Assembly: GCA_963720465.1 (NCBI GenBank)
Contig: OY970393.1
Span: 864,001-928,000, forward strand
Reading direction: 5' to 3'
DNA from: Methanobacteriota archaeon
GTDB lineage: Archaea; Halobacteriota; Bog-38; Methanoflorentales; Methanoflorentaceae
Length of the DNA stretch: 64,000 nucleotides
Below, one piece after another: positions 54,188 through 64,000 of this stretch. Position 1 is the first letter of the stretch; each line of letters opens with the position of its first letter. Position numbers and translations under genes: made by a program. A model generated the notes under the pieces. It was given only the letters and a program-made list of their open reading frames with translations. It did not search any database and had not been told where the DNA came from.

Positions 54188-55621
54188 ATGTTGATCTACG
54201 GCGAATGGGTTCCTGCGGCAGCAGGCCGTTCTATTGGCGTCTACAACCCGGCTACCGCCGAGGCTGTAGACGAGGTTCCAGCAGCGTCAACTGAAGACGT
54301 AGCTGCCGCTATTGGGGCAGCGCACTCCGCCTTTCCTGCTTGGGCACACACGTCTGCTGCAAAGCGTGCCGAGCTGCTCGACAGGTCACGCAGTTTATTG
54401 CTATCCCGTCGGGAAGAAATTGCGCGGTCCATTACAGAAGAATGTGGAAAACCGTTGCGCCAATCACGTGGAGAAATCAACGTAGCAGCTGATTTCATAC
54501 GTTGGTACGCTGAAGAAGGAAGGCGTTCGTACGGAGAATGGATCCCCGATCCTTTACCAGACCGACGTTTGCTGACCATTCGACAACCGATAGGCGTCGC
54601 TGCAATCATTACTCCTTGGAATTTTCCTGCCTATATGGTTGCGAGAACGGCTACGGCAGCCTTAGCCGCAGGCTGCACAGTCGTCATAAAGCCGGCCAGA
54701 CAAACCCCCCTCACAGCACTTGCTCTGGCTCGTGCGTTCAACGACGGAGGAATACCCCCAGGCGTCTTGAATGTAGTCACCGGCGACGCAAGTGTCATTG
54801 GACAAGCATTTCTCGAAGATCAACGCGTTAGAAAGATCTCCTTTGCAGGTTCGCCCGATGTGGGCAAACTACTGATGCGGGGAGCGGCGAATCACATCAA
54901 GCGAGTTTCATTGGAGCTCGGAGGTCACGCGGCCTTTATCATTATGAGTGATGCAGCTCTTGATCGAGCTGTCGACGGTTTAATGTCGGCCAAATTCCAG
55001 AACGCGGGCCAAACATGCATCGCTCCAAACCACGTCTACGTACACTCGAGCTTGGTTGAACCCTTCTTAACGCTGCTATCTTCCCGCGTCGAAAGACTCA
55101 AGGTAGGCAACGGTCTTGATCCTGAGACCGACGTAGGTCCGCTTATAAATCGAGACGCACTCGAAAAAGTGAGTGGCCACGTCAACGATGCCATTGATCA
55201 CGGAGCTCGCCTGCTAACCGGAGGACATCAACTCACGGCGCATGACCAAGCAAAGGGCAACTTCTATGCACCAACCATATTAGCGGACGTGGCCCCACAA
55301 ATGCGCATAACGTGCGAAGAAACCTTTGGACCGGTCATAGCGGTGACCGCTTTTGAATCCGACGACGAAGCAATCGACCATGCGAACAGCACGCAATACG
55401 GACTGGCAGCTTATCTCTACACACGCGATTTGAGCAAAGCAATACGACTTGCAGAGCGACTCGATGTCGGAATGGTTGGAGTGAATGATACGCGAATCGC
55501 AGCCGTTGAAGCTCCCTTTGGAGGGGTAAAATTGAGTGGTATTGGTCGCGAAGGCGGTCGTGAAGGATTGGCAGCTTTCATGGAAACTAAGCAGTTAGCG
55601 TTTCGGATTGAGCCTGCGTAG
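54188..55621 (+). CDS. gabD: NAD(P)-dependent succinate-semialdehyde dehydrogenase (ALDH family)
   Basis: ITPWNFP, LELGG, FQNAGQTC, EETFGP. Confidence 0.88.
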   Translation: MLIYGEWVPAAAGRSIGVYNPATAEAVDEVPAASTEDVAAAIGAAHSAFPAWAHTSAAKRAELLDRSRSLLLSRREEIARSITEECGKPLRQSRGEINVAADFIRWYAEEGRRSYGEWIPDPLPDRRLLTIRQPIGVAAIITPWNFPAYMVARTATAALAAGCTVVIKPARQTPLTALALARAFNDGGIPPGVLNVVTGDASVIGQAFLEDQRVRKISFAGSPDVGKLLMRGAANHIKRVSLELGGHAAFIIMSDAALDRAVDGLMSAKFQNAGQTCIAPNHVYVHSSLVEPFLTLLSSRVERLKVGNGLDPETDVGPLINRDALEKVSGHVNDAIDHGARLLTGGHQLTAHDQAKGNFYAPTILADVAPQMRITCEETFGPVIAVTAFESDDEAIDHANSTQYGLAAYLYTRDLSKAIRLAERLDVGMVGVNDTRIAAVEAPFGGVKLSGIGREGGREGLAAFMETKQLAFRIEPA

Positions 55622-55897
55622 TGTAAGATTTTCAAATGTGAACAAGTATCTAAGATTTCGAAGCGGGCAAGCGAAAGTCGGACGGAGGACGCGAGCACCC
55701 TCGGGGACCGCTTGAGGATGGTCGCAGGAACTCTGGATACGTCGGGCTATCCAGAGAGCACTACCGCCTTAACCAGCCCCGTAGGCCTTTTTTCCGGAAC
55801 CGGCCGAAGCGTGCCCTTCTAAAGGGTAAACCCACAGATATTCCGGGCGCAATCATTGCGAAGATTCGCATAGCTTAAAGGACTGTCACAACTCTTT

Positions 55898-56194
55898 TTA
55901 GACCCCGCCCAGCGACGCGGAGCGTCGTGCTTTATCTCTTAATTCCTTACACGTCTTTTTAAGCTGCTCCACTTTTTCATATTCGTTGAGGGCTATCAAT
56001 TTCGCTGCCAAGGCTTCGCCCGCTTTGGCCGCAGCCAAGTTGTCGCTCTTCTCCTCATTCAAGAAGAGTTCAATCTCTTCATTGCTGAGAAACGACTCCT
56101 TCTTGTTGGCGTCACCGATAAGAAAACGGACTTTAGCCAGCCGCACTTTAGTCAGCCTTGAATCTGCCGAATTTCCATTATAAGGCCCCGTCAT
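55898..56194 (-). CDS. Putative viral head-tail connector-like protein
   Basis: VRFLIGD....FLSNEEI..FL.....AAA.A.EALAAK pattern recalled from tailed-virus neck proteins. Confidence 0.5.
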   Translation of the reverse strand: MTGPYNGNSADSRLTKVRLAKVRFLIGDANKKESFLSNEEIELFLNEEKSDNLAAAKAGEALAAKLIALNEYEKVEQLKKTCKELRDKARRSASLGGV

Positions 56195-56631
56195 GCTTCT
56201 TTGAGCAAACTATTTAAAGGTCGATGAAATATGCGTTCGAGCATACCAAAAAAGCTCATTAAAAGCCTCCACGTGGCCACTCGACTCATCAATATTACCC
56301 GCAGGCCGTTTTAGTCAGTTTTTTGAGCTTCTGCGTAGAGGAATTTTTATCAAGGTGGTACTCGGTCACGAACCGAACAGGCGCCAGAAGGGCCAACCAG
56401 TCGAACAGCCAGTCTTGACCGCCTTTGAGCTGGCCGACTCTAAGGTGCTTGAAACTTCGTTGTATACTGTTCTAATCTTTATAAGGCAGGCATCCTTCGT
56501 TTCGACTCAGCTCACCTCAATGGATCGCTAGCTAAAAAAGCGGCACCGCACCACACGCGGCGGCGGGTGCAATCAGGACGTGCTGCCCCGAGCTTACTGC
56601 GAACGCTTCATTCAGGGACTTTTTTTACTGG

Positions 56632-57516
56632 TCAGGTCGCAACAGCAGTAGTTGCGCTCTGCGATGCTGCTGATGATGCGGCAGCAGTGGTCGTGTTCTG
56701 CGAAGTCGGTGAAATCATGAAACCGTAGCTCGACAAGATTGCTTGTCCTGCAGGCGAGGTGACATAGTTGACGAAATTCTGCGCGTCTTGAGCGTTCGGC
56801 GAAGCGCTTAGCACCCCAATGTAGTAAGTAGCAAGGACGTTAACACTGTCAGGAATCGCGATGACCTGCACTTTACTCTGGTATGCAGGTGGAACTTGGG
56901 ATTTGTATACAATACCCGCATCAGCCTCTCCAAGCGCGACTTTGACTACGACGTCATTAACCTGCGTTTCCGTTGACACAACGTTTGACATGACGCTGTT
57001 CTTGAAGCCGGAACCGTACGTCGTGTTATTAGACGCTTTTGCGAGCATTTGCAGCGTGTAATTCCCGACCGGGACAGAACTGTTCGCGATATCGAGTTTT
57101 ATTCCTGGCTTTGCGAGATCGGCCAGACTGGTGATGTTTGCGGGGTTCGCTGTCGGGACGATGATGGCTAACTTGTTATATGCGAAAGTGGTAACGCTTG
57201 AGTTGTTCATCAACCCTGCGTTCTGCACATTCTGCATTTGCGCTAGATTGGCAGACGCGAAAACGTCCGCACTGCCCCCCTGAATTAGTTGGGTTGCCAA
57301 AACGTCACTACCAGCAAAGTTAAAGGTGACGTTGACTCCAGTGTTATTAGCTGTAAAGGCCGCACCCGTCTGATTAAACGCGTCAGTAAGCGAGTCTGCA
57401 GCATCGACCTTGAGCGTCGTGCTTTGCGTAGTCGTAGTCGTGCAGCCACTCATGGTGACAACGAGCACGCTTACGAGTGCGCAAAGCACTACCGGTATAA
57501 TCTTCTTCTTAATCAT
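56632..57516 (-). CDS. modA: Molybdate ABC transporter substrate-binding lipoprotein
   Basis: Lipobox MSGC, AADSL, FAGS, ADVFASAN, VPVGNY, GEADAGIVY. Confidence 0.93.
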   Translation of the reverse strand: MIKKKIIPVVLCALVSVLVVTMSGCTTTTTQSTTLKVDAADSLTDAFNQTGAAFTANNTGVNVTFNFAGSDVLATQLIQGGSADVFASANLAQMQNVQNAGLMNNSSVTTFAYNKLAIIVPTANPANITSLADLAKPGIKLDIANSSVPVGNYTLQMLAKASNNTTYGSGFKNSVMSNVVSTETQVNDVVVKVALGEADAGIVYKSQVPPAYQSKVQVIAIPDSVNVLATYYIGVLSASPNAQDAQNFVNYVTSPAGQAILSSYGFMISPTSQNTTTAAASSAASQSATTAVAT

Positions 57517-57692
57517 CTGTATCCTCCCTTGTTAGTCATCCGTATCCTCCGTAACTAGCACTTGCGAGCTAGCTTTGAGTTTGTTGGAAATAGCGTTCAT
57601 ACCATCGCCCCGGCTGTGTTGACGGCCACAAGAGTGATGCACCAGCCATTTCCCACTTAACCGGAGTTATAATGCTTTCGCAGATACTTAAA

Positions 57693-57716
57693 CGTTATGA
57701 ATGGTCAATCATAACG
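57693..57716. promoter_or_regulatory. ModE-type operator between divergent modA and modB
   Basis: CGTTAT-GAATGGTCAATC-ATAACG. Confidence 0.85.
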
Positions 57717-57987
57717 CTTTACAACCCACTTCAACCAAATTTAACGCGCTGTTTTTTTGAGCGAAGCTCAAAAGGGCAATGTCTTATCAAATCGCCTGCG
57801 GAAACAACTGGCCATAGATTTTTATAGCAATAAGCTGTTCGTCTGTAATTAGCTGGGAATTTGAAGCTGGAAGTTCTTATGCAGTCCGTTCGCTTCGTAG
57901 AGGTGTGGCCTCCAGCACGAAGAAGGCAAAACTCCTAGAAAGTCGAAAGTGCGGCTGATCATGTAGAGATCCTTGCGAGAGAGACTT

Positions 57988-58896
57988 ATGCAGTCTTTAA
58001 AAGAGCCCCGCAGTAAGTTTTCATCTTCCCGCACTGCAATGGCTAAATTGACTGGGACGCTTAGCAGAACTGTTGTGTTCCTGATCGTTTTTTTAGCGTT
58101 TGCGGTAGTCGTAACATTTGTCGCCCTGCCTCTCGTGGCGCTCTTTGCGTACGGGACTCTCCCTGGCTTTCTTAACTCCCTTTCGTCCCAAGTGCTCGTG
58201 CAGGCTATCCAACTAAGCTTGGTGACTACACTGGCGACCCTATTGCTTGTCATCACATTTGGTACCCCGGTGGCGTACTTTAACGCGCGCCACAGCTACC
58301 ACGGCAAGAGAATAATAGAAACTCTAATCGATCTTCCAATCATCCTGCCTCCTGCGGTGGCAGGTATCGCGCTCTTACTGGCATTTGGCCGACGAGGATT
58401 GCTTGGTCAGTACTTCAACATCCTGGGAATCAACATCGCCTTTACGACAACCGCTGTAATACTAGCACAAACATTTGTATCGTCTCCTTTCTATATCCGG
58501 CAAGCAACAACGAGTTTTGAAGACGTCGACCCCGACTACGAACGGGCGGCCCATACACTAGGCGCATCAGGTGCAGGAACCTTTTTCCGTGTGACGGTGC
58601 CGATCGCTCTGAACGGCCTGGTTTCTGGAGCACTCATGACGTGGGCACGCGCTCTCGGAGAATTTGGCGCAACTATCATATTTGCAGGCAATCTTCAGGG
58701 CGTAACCCAAACAATGCCTCTTGCCATATATTCTGAGCTCGACATTAGCTTGGATATCGCCGTTTACCTCGCAATCATTCTCGTCCTAATCTCATTTCCG
58801 ATTATCATTACCGTCAAATTGCTCACTTTGAAGGAGAAAAGCGTTGTTAAAGAAAAAGAATCCATTCTCGACCGAGTGCCGCCACCATCTGATTAG
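57988..58896 (+). CDS. modB: Molybdate ABC transporter permease (start uncertain)
   Basis: DLPIILPPAVAG, EAA-like loop, WARALGEFGAT, TQTMPLAIY. Confidence 0.93.
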   Translation: MQSLKEPRSKFSSSRTAMAKLTGTLSRTVVFLIVFLAFAVVVTFVALPLVALFAYGTLPGFLNSLSSQVLVQAIQLSLVTTLATLLLVITFGTPVAYFNARHSYHGKRIIETLIDLPIILPPAVAGIALLLAFGRRGLLGQYFNILGINIAFTTTAVILAQTFVSSPFYIRQATTSFEDVDPDYERAAHTLGASGAGTFFRVTVPIALNGLVSGALMTWARALGEFGATIIFAGNLQGVTQTMPLAIYSELDISLDIAVYLAIILVLISFPIIITVKLLTLKEKSVVKEKESILDRVPPPSD

Positions 58897-58970
58897 TTAT
58901 GGCGCTTTCGGGCGAGACTATAACGATCTCGAGAGCAGTTTCTTGAATCATTCGACCTGCTCAGCCACAC

Positions 58971-59612
58971 TCATTGATGGAGCGCGTCAGCAGATTTCTC
59001 GTAGTAACTCGTTCCCGCACAGGATGTGCACACGCCGTCTTCAACCAAATAGTCCGGCACCATCTCTGCGCATACGGGACATTGCACGGCCTGCCATACC
59101 GCCTTTTTAGGAACCGAGACTTTGACCCGTTCCCAGGAGAGAATATCTCGCCCAGCCTGTAGAATCTCGTCATAAACCCGGTCTTTTTCAGTAACGTGAT
59201 TGTAACGTGGATCGTTCGTATACCAGAGATTGAGCATTGGATACCCCGGGATCTTCGTTGCGTCAACATAAACGCGTATCCCGTCGGCACGATCTTCGGT
59301 AGAACCTCTGTTTAACGTAATAGAGAACTTGCCGGTTTCTATTATGCGTAGTTGCTTGTTGCCGATAGTGGCGCTCGTAATGACTTGCACGGCATCGGGC
59401 GCACATTTCGGTGTCTCGGCCACCGCGTACAACTTCTCACCGAGAGTCGCCCCGAGTTTTTCCAAAGCCAAATCGACCATGAAAACGCCAATAAGCAATC
59501 CAGGGGGAACAAAACCGTGAAATGACACGCACCTCCTAATATATCCCCTAATTCTTTCTTCCGTGCCGTAGGCGTTCATCAACGTTTCAAGTTTGTCAAC
59601 TGAGATACTCAT
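58971..59612 (-). CDS. fmdE: Formylmethanofuran dehydrogenase subunit E family protein
   Basis: FHGFVPPG, ETPKCAPDAVQ, TIGN, C-terminal CPVC..CTSC. Confidence 0.9.
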   Translation of the reverse strand: MSISVDKLETLMNAYGTEERIRGYIRRCVSFHGFVPPGLLIGVFMVDLALEKLGATLGEKLYAVAETPKCAPDAVQVITSATIGNKQLRIIETGKFSITLNRGSTEDRADGIRVYVDATKIPGYPMLNLWYTNDPRYNHVTEKDRVYDEILQAGRDILSWERVKVSVPKKAVWQAVQCPVCAEMVPDYLVEDGVCTSCAGTSYYEKSADALHQ

Positions 59613-59642
59613 AGGGGATCCCCGCTTGATTACACGCAGATA

Positions 59643-59666
59643 CGATGTTTTCCGTTGATTATAACG
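59643..59666. promoter_or_regulatory. Degenerate ModE-type operator between fmdE and fmdB
   Basis: CGATGT-N12-ATAACG beside TATA-like tracts. Confidence 0.6.
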
Positions 59667-59851
59667 ATACTTTTATATTTTCTGTTGCCAACATATAAAC
59701 AAAGTGGTATTATAATAAAGCAATATCGCTAACGGCGCAAAGGTTCGCAGTGTCTGCCAAAGTCACGAGTCGAAAAAATGTCATTTCTCGTCTTTCACTC
59801 ATAAACAGAAGAATACGATTTCGCGGTAGAATTGCGAATTGAGGTGCAAAT

Positions 59852-61291
59852 ATGAGTTCTGAAGCACAAGAAGGCCAAACTAGCAACAAAATTACCTGTA
59901 CGGACGTAACGTGCCCGGTGTGCGGTATAACGTGCGATGACATAGAAGTCGAACTCGATGATGTCTCAGTCGTCACGCGCAATGCCTGCATCATGGGCGA
60001 CGCGAAGTTCAAGGAGCTTCGAAGTAGCCATCGAATTACCGCTCCGCTAATCAACGGAAAGGAAGCACCGTGGAGCGATGCAATCGATAAAGCTGCTGAG
60101 ATTCTCGTAAATGCGAAACGACCGTTCTTTTTTATCGGCAGCGAAACGGCCACTGAGGCTATGTCTGTCGGCATCGAGATCGCAGAGATGCTCGGCGGAC
60201 TGGTCGACGGCAACGCGACGATTTGCCACGGACCAACGGTTATGGCCATTCAAGATGTCGGCCAGGTCGGCTGCACCCTCGGCGAGACCCGCAACAGAGC
60301 GGATCTTGACATCTACTGGGGTGCCAATCCCGAAGACTCGCATCCGAGACACTTAAGCCGCCATTCGGTATTCCAGCGCGGCTTTTTCACGGGGCAAGGA
60401 CGCTTCGGGCGACAGATAATCGTCGTCGACCCACGACGTTCGACCACCGCCGAGCACGCCGATCTCCACCTCCAGCTCAAGCCCGGGACCGATTTCGAAA
60501 CGTTGAACGCTCTTATGACGATCCTCAACGGGTTTGAACCGCACGAATCATTCACTGAAGTGACCGGCATTAGCAGGGAAGATATCTACAAAGCCGCCGA
60601 CATGATCAAGGACGCACGCTTTGGGGTAATCTGGGTCGGTCTAGGTATCGCTAGCACCCGCGGCAAGCACTACAACGCATCCATGGCGATGCGGTTGACG
60701 CAACTCGGCAACAAGTACGGAAAGTTCGTCATCTTGGCAAACAGGGGACACTGTAACGTCGCGGGGTTCAACGAAGTCCTAGCGTGGCAGTGTGGGTTCC
60801 CGTACGCCGTCGATTTCTCGACCGGTGAACCACGCTATCAACCAGGCGAGTATTCGACCGTCGACGCACTGCGGCGAGCCGAAGTTGACGCGTTGTTCTG
60901 CATGTGTGCCGATCTCGGAGCCCATTTACCGAAAAGGGCCGTTGAAAGGATGTGTGAGATCCCAGTCGTCTCCATAGAAACGGCAGAGGGGCCACAAGCT
61001 TTCATTAGCGACGTTGTGCTCCCCGGCGTTTTGGACGGAATGGAGTGCGAGGGAACGTTCTATCGGATGGACAACGTTCCGTGCCACGCACGGAGCTTCT
61101 GCGATCCACCATTTGACTTCACGAAGTCTAATGAAGACACGCTAATACAGCTGCGTGACGCGATCAAGCAAAAACTCGCCGCACGCCAAACGGCGACGGC
61201 AGAAGGGGCGGTAGAGACCGGAGCGAAGGCGACCATGCTCTCCGAAGAAGAGTTCGGGCGGCGCCTAGACACGCTGCTGTCGCAGCCCTGA
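59852..61291 (+). CDS. fmdB: Formylmethanofuran dehydrogenase subunit B (Cys ligand)
   Basis: CPVCGITCDD, CHGP, TLGE.RNRAD, RGHCNV, GT.YRMD. Confidence 0.95.
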   Translation: MSSEAQEGQTSNKITCTDVTCPVCGITCDDIEVELDDVSVVTRNACIMGDAKFKELRSSHRITAPLINGKEAPWSDAIDKAAEILVNAKRPFFFIGSETATEAMSVGIEIAEMLGGLVDGNATICHGPTVMAIQDVGQVGCTLGETRNRADLDIYWGANPEDSHPRHLSRHSVFQRGFFTGQGRFGRQIIVVDPRRSTTAEHADLHLQLKPGTDFETLNALMTILNGFEPHESFTEVTGISREDIYKAADMIKDARFGVIWVGLGIASTRGKHYNASMAMRLTQLGNKYGKFVILANRGHCNVAGFNEVLAWQCGFPYAVDFSTGEPRYQPGEYSTVDALRRAEVDALFCMCADLGAHLPKRAVERMCEIPVVSIETAEGPQAFISDVVLPGVLDGMECEGTFYRMDNVPCHARSFCDPPFDFTKSNEDTLIQLRDAIKQKLAARQTATAEGAVETGAKATMLSEEEFGRRLDTLLSQP

Positions 61292-61307
61292 TCCCAAAGG
61301 CACCGAG

Positions 61308-61739
61308 GTGAACGAATTGGAAATAATACTCAACACGGGCGGCACCGCGTTTCAGGGCGCGGTCATCAAAGGGGGCCGCAAATTCACGGACGAATACACC
61401 AAAGAAGCGGCATACTGCGACATCAGTCCTGAAGACTTTGCCGCATTAGGCAAGCCGTGGTTGGTAAAAATCACGAACGAGTACGGCGATAGCGTCGTAG
61501 TCCACGCGAAAAAAACCGACAGGCAACAAAAAGGGGAGATCTTCATTCCTCGCGGGCCGTGGGCGAACATCGTTGTCACCACATACACTGAGTCAACAGG
61601 CAGTCCTGCTTACAAGAACAGAAAAGTGGAAATTGAGAAGGGCAGCGGTCCCGTGCTTGATCCTGTGACCCTCATGAAAAAATATTACTCGAAACGCACG
61701 ACACACACAGGCAGAACACCGGCAGAAGGAGGCGCTTAA
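61308..61739 (+). CDS. fmdD: Formylmethanofuran dehydrogenase subunit D
   Basis: LNTG....QG, FIPRGPWAN, TGSPAYK. Confidence 0.92.
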   Translation: MNELEIILNTGGTAFQGAVIKGGRKFTDEYTKEAAYCDISPEDFAALGKPWLVKITNEYGDSVVVHAKKTDRQQKGEIFIPRGPWANIVVTTYTESTGSPAYKNRKVEIEKGSGPVLDPVTLMKKYYSKRTTHTGRTPAEGGA

Positions 61740-62540
61740 ATGGAACGCTTGACGCTGACACCAAGAGACGTCGAATATCTCGTACTCGAAGCTCCCGTTA
61801 TAACGCCTGACGCCGTCTGCGGAAAAACGCTCGAAGAAATTGCTCAGCTGCCAGTGCTCGAGGGAAACACCACGTGGCCGCTCGGACGGTTTTTCACTAT
61901 CACGGGCAAAGTGGCAGATGCGGCAGAGGATCAAGGGATCATTGTCGACGGCGACGTGCCGCGTGTTAAGTACATCGGCTCGAAGATGACTGCTGGAGCT
62001 GTCCTCTGCAAAGGGGACATCGATATGTACTGCGGCGCGTGGATGAAGGGCGGCAGAATACGGGTCAAAGGAGACGCTGATGCATTTGCGGCCATCCAGA
62101 TGGAGGGCGGCGATATCCTGTTTGAAGCGAACGTCGGCGATTATCTCGGCGCTTCCTATCGCGGCGATTGGCGTGGCATGAAAGGCGGCAATATCGTCGT
62201 CAACGGCAACGCCGGTGTGAGCTTGGGTGAATACATGATGGGTGGCAAGATCACGGTAATGGGCAACGTCGGTATTAACGCCGGAATCCATATGGGAAAG
62301 GGCATCGGAGCCAAAGACCCCCTTCCTACCATCATCATCCACGGAGACTCGCCAGGGCGCGTCGGTGCGTTCATGAACCGCGGCAAAATCTACGTACTGG
62401 GAACGATTGAAGCAATGATGCCAGGTTTCTCTACAGACGGGACTGAAGAGATCGAAATCGACGGAGTGAAAGCCACCTTCCAGGTTCTCGACGGCGATCA
62501 TGGTGAAAAGGGAAGGGGAAAACTGTTCGTAAAGACATAA
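61740..62540 (+). CDS. fmdC: Formylmethanofuran dehydrogenase subunit C
   Basis: GxxMxGG beta-helix repeats, YRGDWRGMKGG. Confidence 0.94.
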   Translation: MERLTLTPRDVEYLVLEAPVITPDAVCGKTLEEIAQLPVLEGNTTWPLGRFFTITGKVADAAEDQGIIVDGDVPRVKYIGSKMTAGAVLCKGDIDMYCGAWMKGGRIRVKGDADAFAAIQMEGGDILFEANVGDYLGASYRGDWRGMKGGNIVVNGNAGVSLGEYMMGGKITVMGNVGINAGIHMGKGIGAKDPLPTIIIHGDSPGRVGAFMNRGKIYVLGTIEAMMPGFSTDGTEEIEIDGVKATFQVLDGDHGEKGRGKLFVKT

Positions 62541-63030
62541 CTTCGCCGACGCTTGCAGGCACAATGAGCAAGCTTCCTTTTGGACTGAAGCCCTAACCAA
62601 TTGGGTCATGTGCACGGACATCGCTTCCATTGGCCGTGATTCGATGGTAATGGGGAACTAGAGCTGTCAGTGGTCATTCCATACGATGACTTATTAGACA
62701 AACTCGGAGAGCAATTAGCCGGGTCTGCTGATCTCGACATATGGTTAGACTGAAGTGGAATTGCAATCAGAGCCTTCGCGGACCGACCCTTTTGGAAGAG
62801 GCCCGCGGGATCAGCGCCATTGGCGACAGATTCGTATTGCTGAAAGCAGAAGCCCGATTAGACGACCGCGCTTAGTCAGACGTTTTTTTGCTCGTTTCAC
62901 GGCCAAAAGAGACCTACGTGGGATTCTGGCCGTTTGCCGTGCCATTAAATAGCGGACGTGAACCTCGAAACGAAAGGCGCGTCCGAAAACCTTTATATGC
63001 GCTTGATGAACATATTGGCGGAGAATTCCC

Positions 63031-64000
63031 ATGATACTCAAGCAGGACGTCCTCGACGTGTTGAGCGAATATGACAAGAGAAACATCACGGTCGGCATGT
63101 TAGGCTCGCACTCCGCGTTAGACGTCTGCGACGGTGCCCGCGACGAGGGGCTGCACAACCTGGTAGTCTGCCAAAAAGGACGGGACGGTCTTTACACTAA
63201 CTATTTCAAGGGCCGCACGATGAACGGACTTGAGAAAGGCATCGTCGATGAGACCATTGTCCTCAATAAGTTCGATGAGATTCTCGCGGAAAGCGTGCAG
63301 GAGCAGCTCGTAAAAAAGAACACGCTATTCATCCCTAACCGTTCTTTCGTAGTCTACAGCGGCATACGTCGAGTCGAAAACGAGTTTCGGCTGCCGCTCG
63401 TGGGCACACGTGAAATGCTGAAGATAGAGGATAGGGAGACGGAAAAAGAGAACTACTATTGGGTCAGTCAGCAAGCGGGCATTCCAATCCCGAAACACTA
63501 TGTGAGCAAAGATGACATCGACACGCTCGTAATGGTGAAGCTTCACCACAAGTATATGACGCTCGAGCGCGGGTTCTTCACCGCCGCTTCTCCTGAGGAG
63601 TACGACGCAAAGGTTGGGCGGCTCATCGACAGAGAGATTATTACAACCGAAGCCCTTAACGACGCGCGAATCGAACAGTACATCATCGGCCCCGTGTTCA
63701 ACTTCAACTTTTTCTATTCGCCGATCGATGATGAGATCGAGCTCCTCGGAATTGATTTCAGATTCGAAAGCAACCTTGACGGATTGGTGCGAATTCCCGC
63801 CGAGCAGCAGCTGGAGCTGCCCGCAAAATACCGCGACCCGCTGATGACCATCGTCGGGCACGCGAACGCATCGCTCAGAGAGTCGTTGCTTGAGCGAGTC
63901 TATCTGATGGCCGAACGATTTGTGGAGTTCTCTAAGCGACACTACAGCGCCCCAATAATCGGACCGTTTTGCCTGCAGACGATCGTTGATCAAAACATGG
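63031..64000 (+). CDS. purP: PurP-family formate--AICAR ligase (3' truncated; not in ORF track)
   Basis: Manual translation GSHSALDVCDGARDEG, PNRSF, LERGFF, SLRESLL, IGPFCLQ. Confidence 0.92.
   Translation, partial: MILKQDVLDVLSEYDKRNITVGMLGSHSALDVCDGARDEGLHNLVVCQKGRDGLYTNYFKGRTMNGLEKGIVDETIVLNKFDEILAESVQEQLVKKNTLFIPNRSFVVYSGIRRVENEFRLPLVGTREMLKIEDRETEKENYYWVSQQAGIPIPKHYVSKDDIDTLVMVKLHHKYMTLERGFFTAASPEEYDAKVGRLIDREIITTEALNDARIEQYIIGPVFNFNFFYSPIDDEIELLGIDFRFESNLDGLVRIPAEQQLELPAKYRDPLMTIVGHANASLRESLLERVYLMAERFVEFSKRHYSAPIIGPFCLQTIVDQNM

Noticed and set aside
60740-60760. Selenocysteine in FmdB
   Set aside because: The ligand codon is TGT (RGHCNV), not TGA.
61593-63993. Long minus-strand ORFs (345 aa and 222 aa)
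   Set aside because: Antisense shadows of fmdC and purP.

Overview
Archaeal chromosome segment, probably from a methanogen-like Halobacteriota/Methanomicrobia lineage (inferred from gene content: egsA, aIF2-gamma, rpoE'/spt4, KEOPS, thermosome, formylmethanofuran dehydrogenase B/D/C/E, PurP family). Bases 1-31.2 kb are housekeeping genes. About 31.2-53.4 kb is an accessory island with an orphan terminase pair, two HEPN-type proteins, a pentapeptide/TIR-like fusion, a PKD surface protein, two remnants of one tyrosine-integrase family, many frameshifted or truncated fragments, and a duplicated unannotated small acidic-peptide gene. Bases 53.5-64 kb hold a molybdenum module (mop, modA, modB, fmdE, fmdB-D-C) marked by three ModE-type boxes. 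The most striking feature is a thermosome (group II chaperonin) subunit split into two ORFs. A 38-nt insertion gives the N-half a CxxC tail and a stop codon. That stop lies in a hairpin that also covers the GGAGGT Shine-Dalgarno of the C-half. All calls come from reading motifs by eye; no searches were run.
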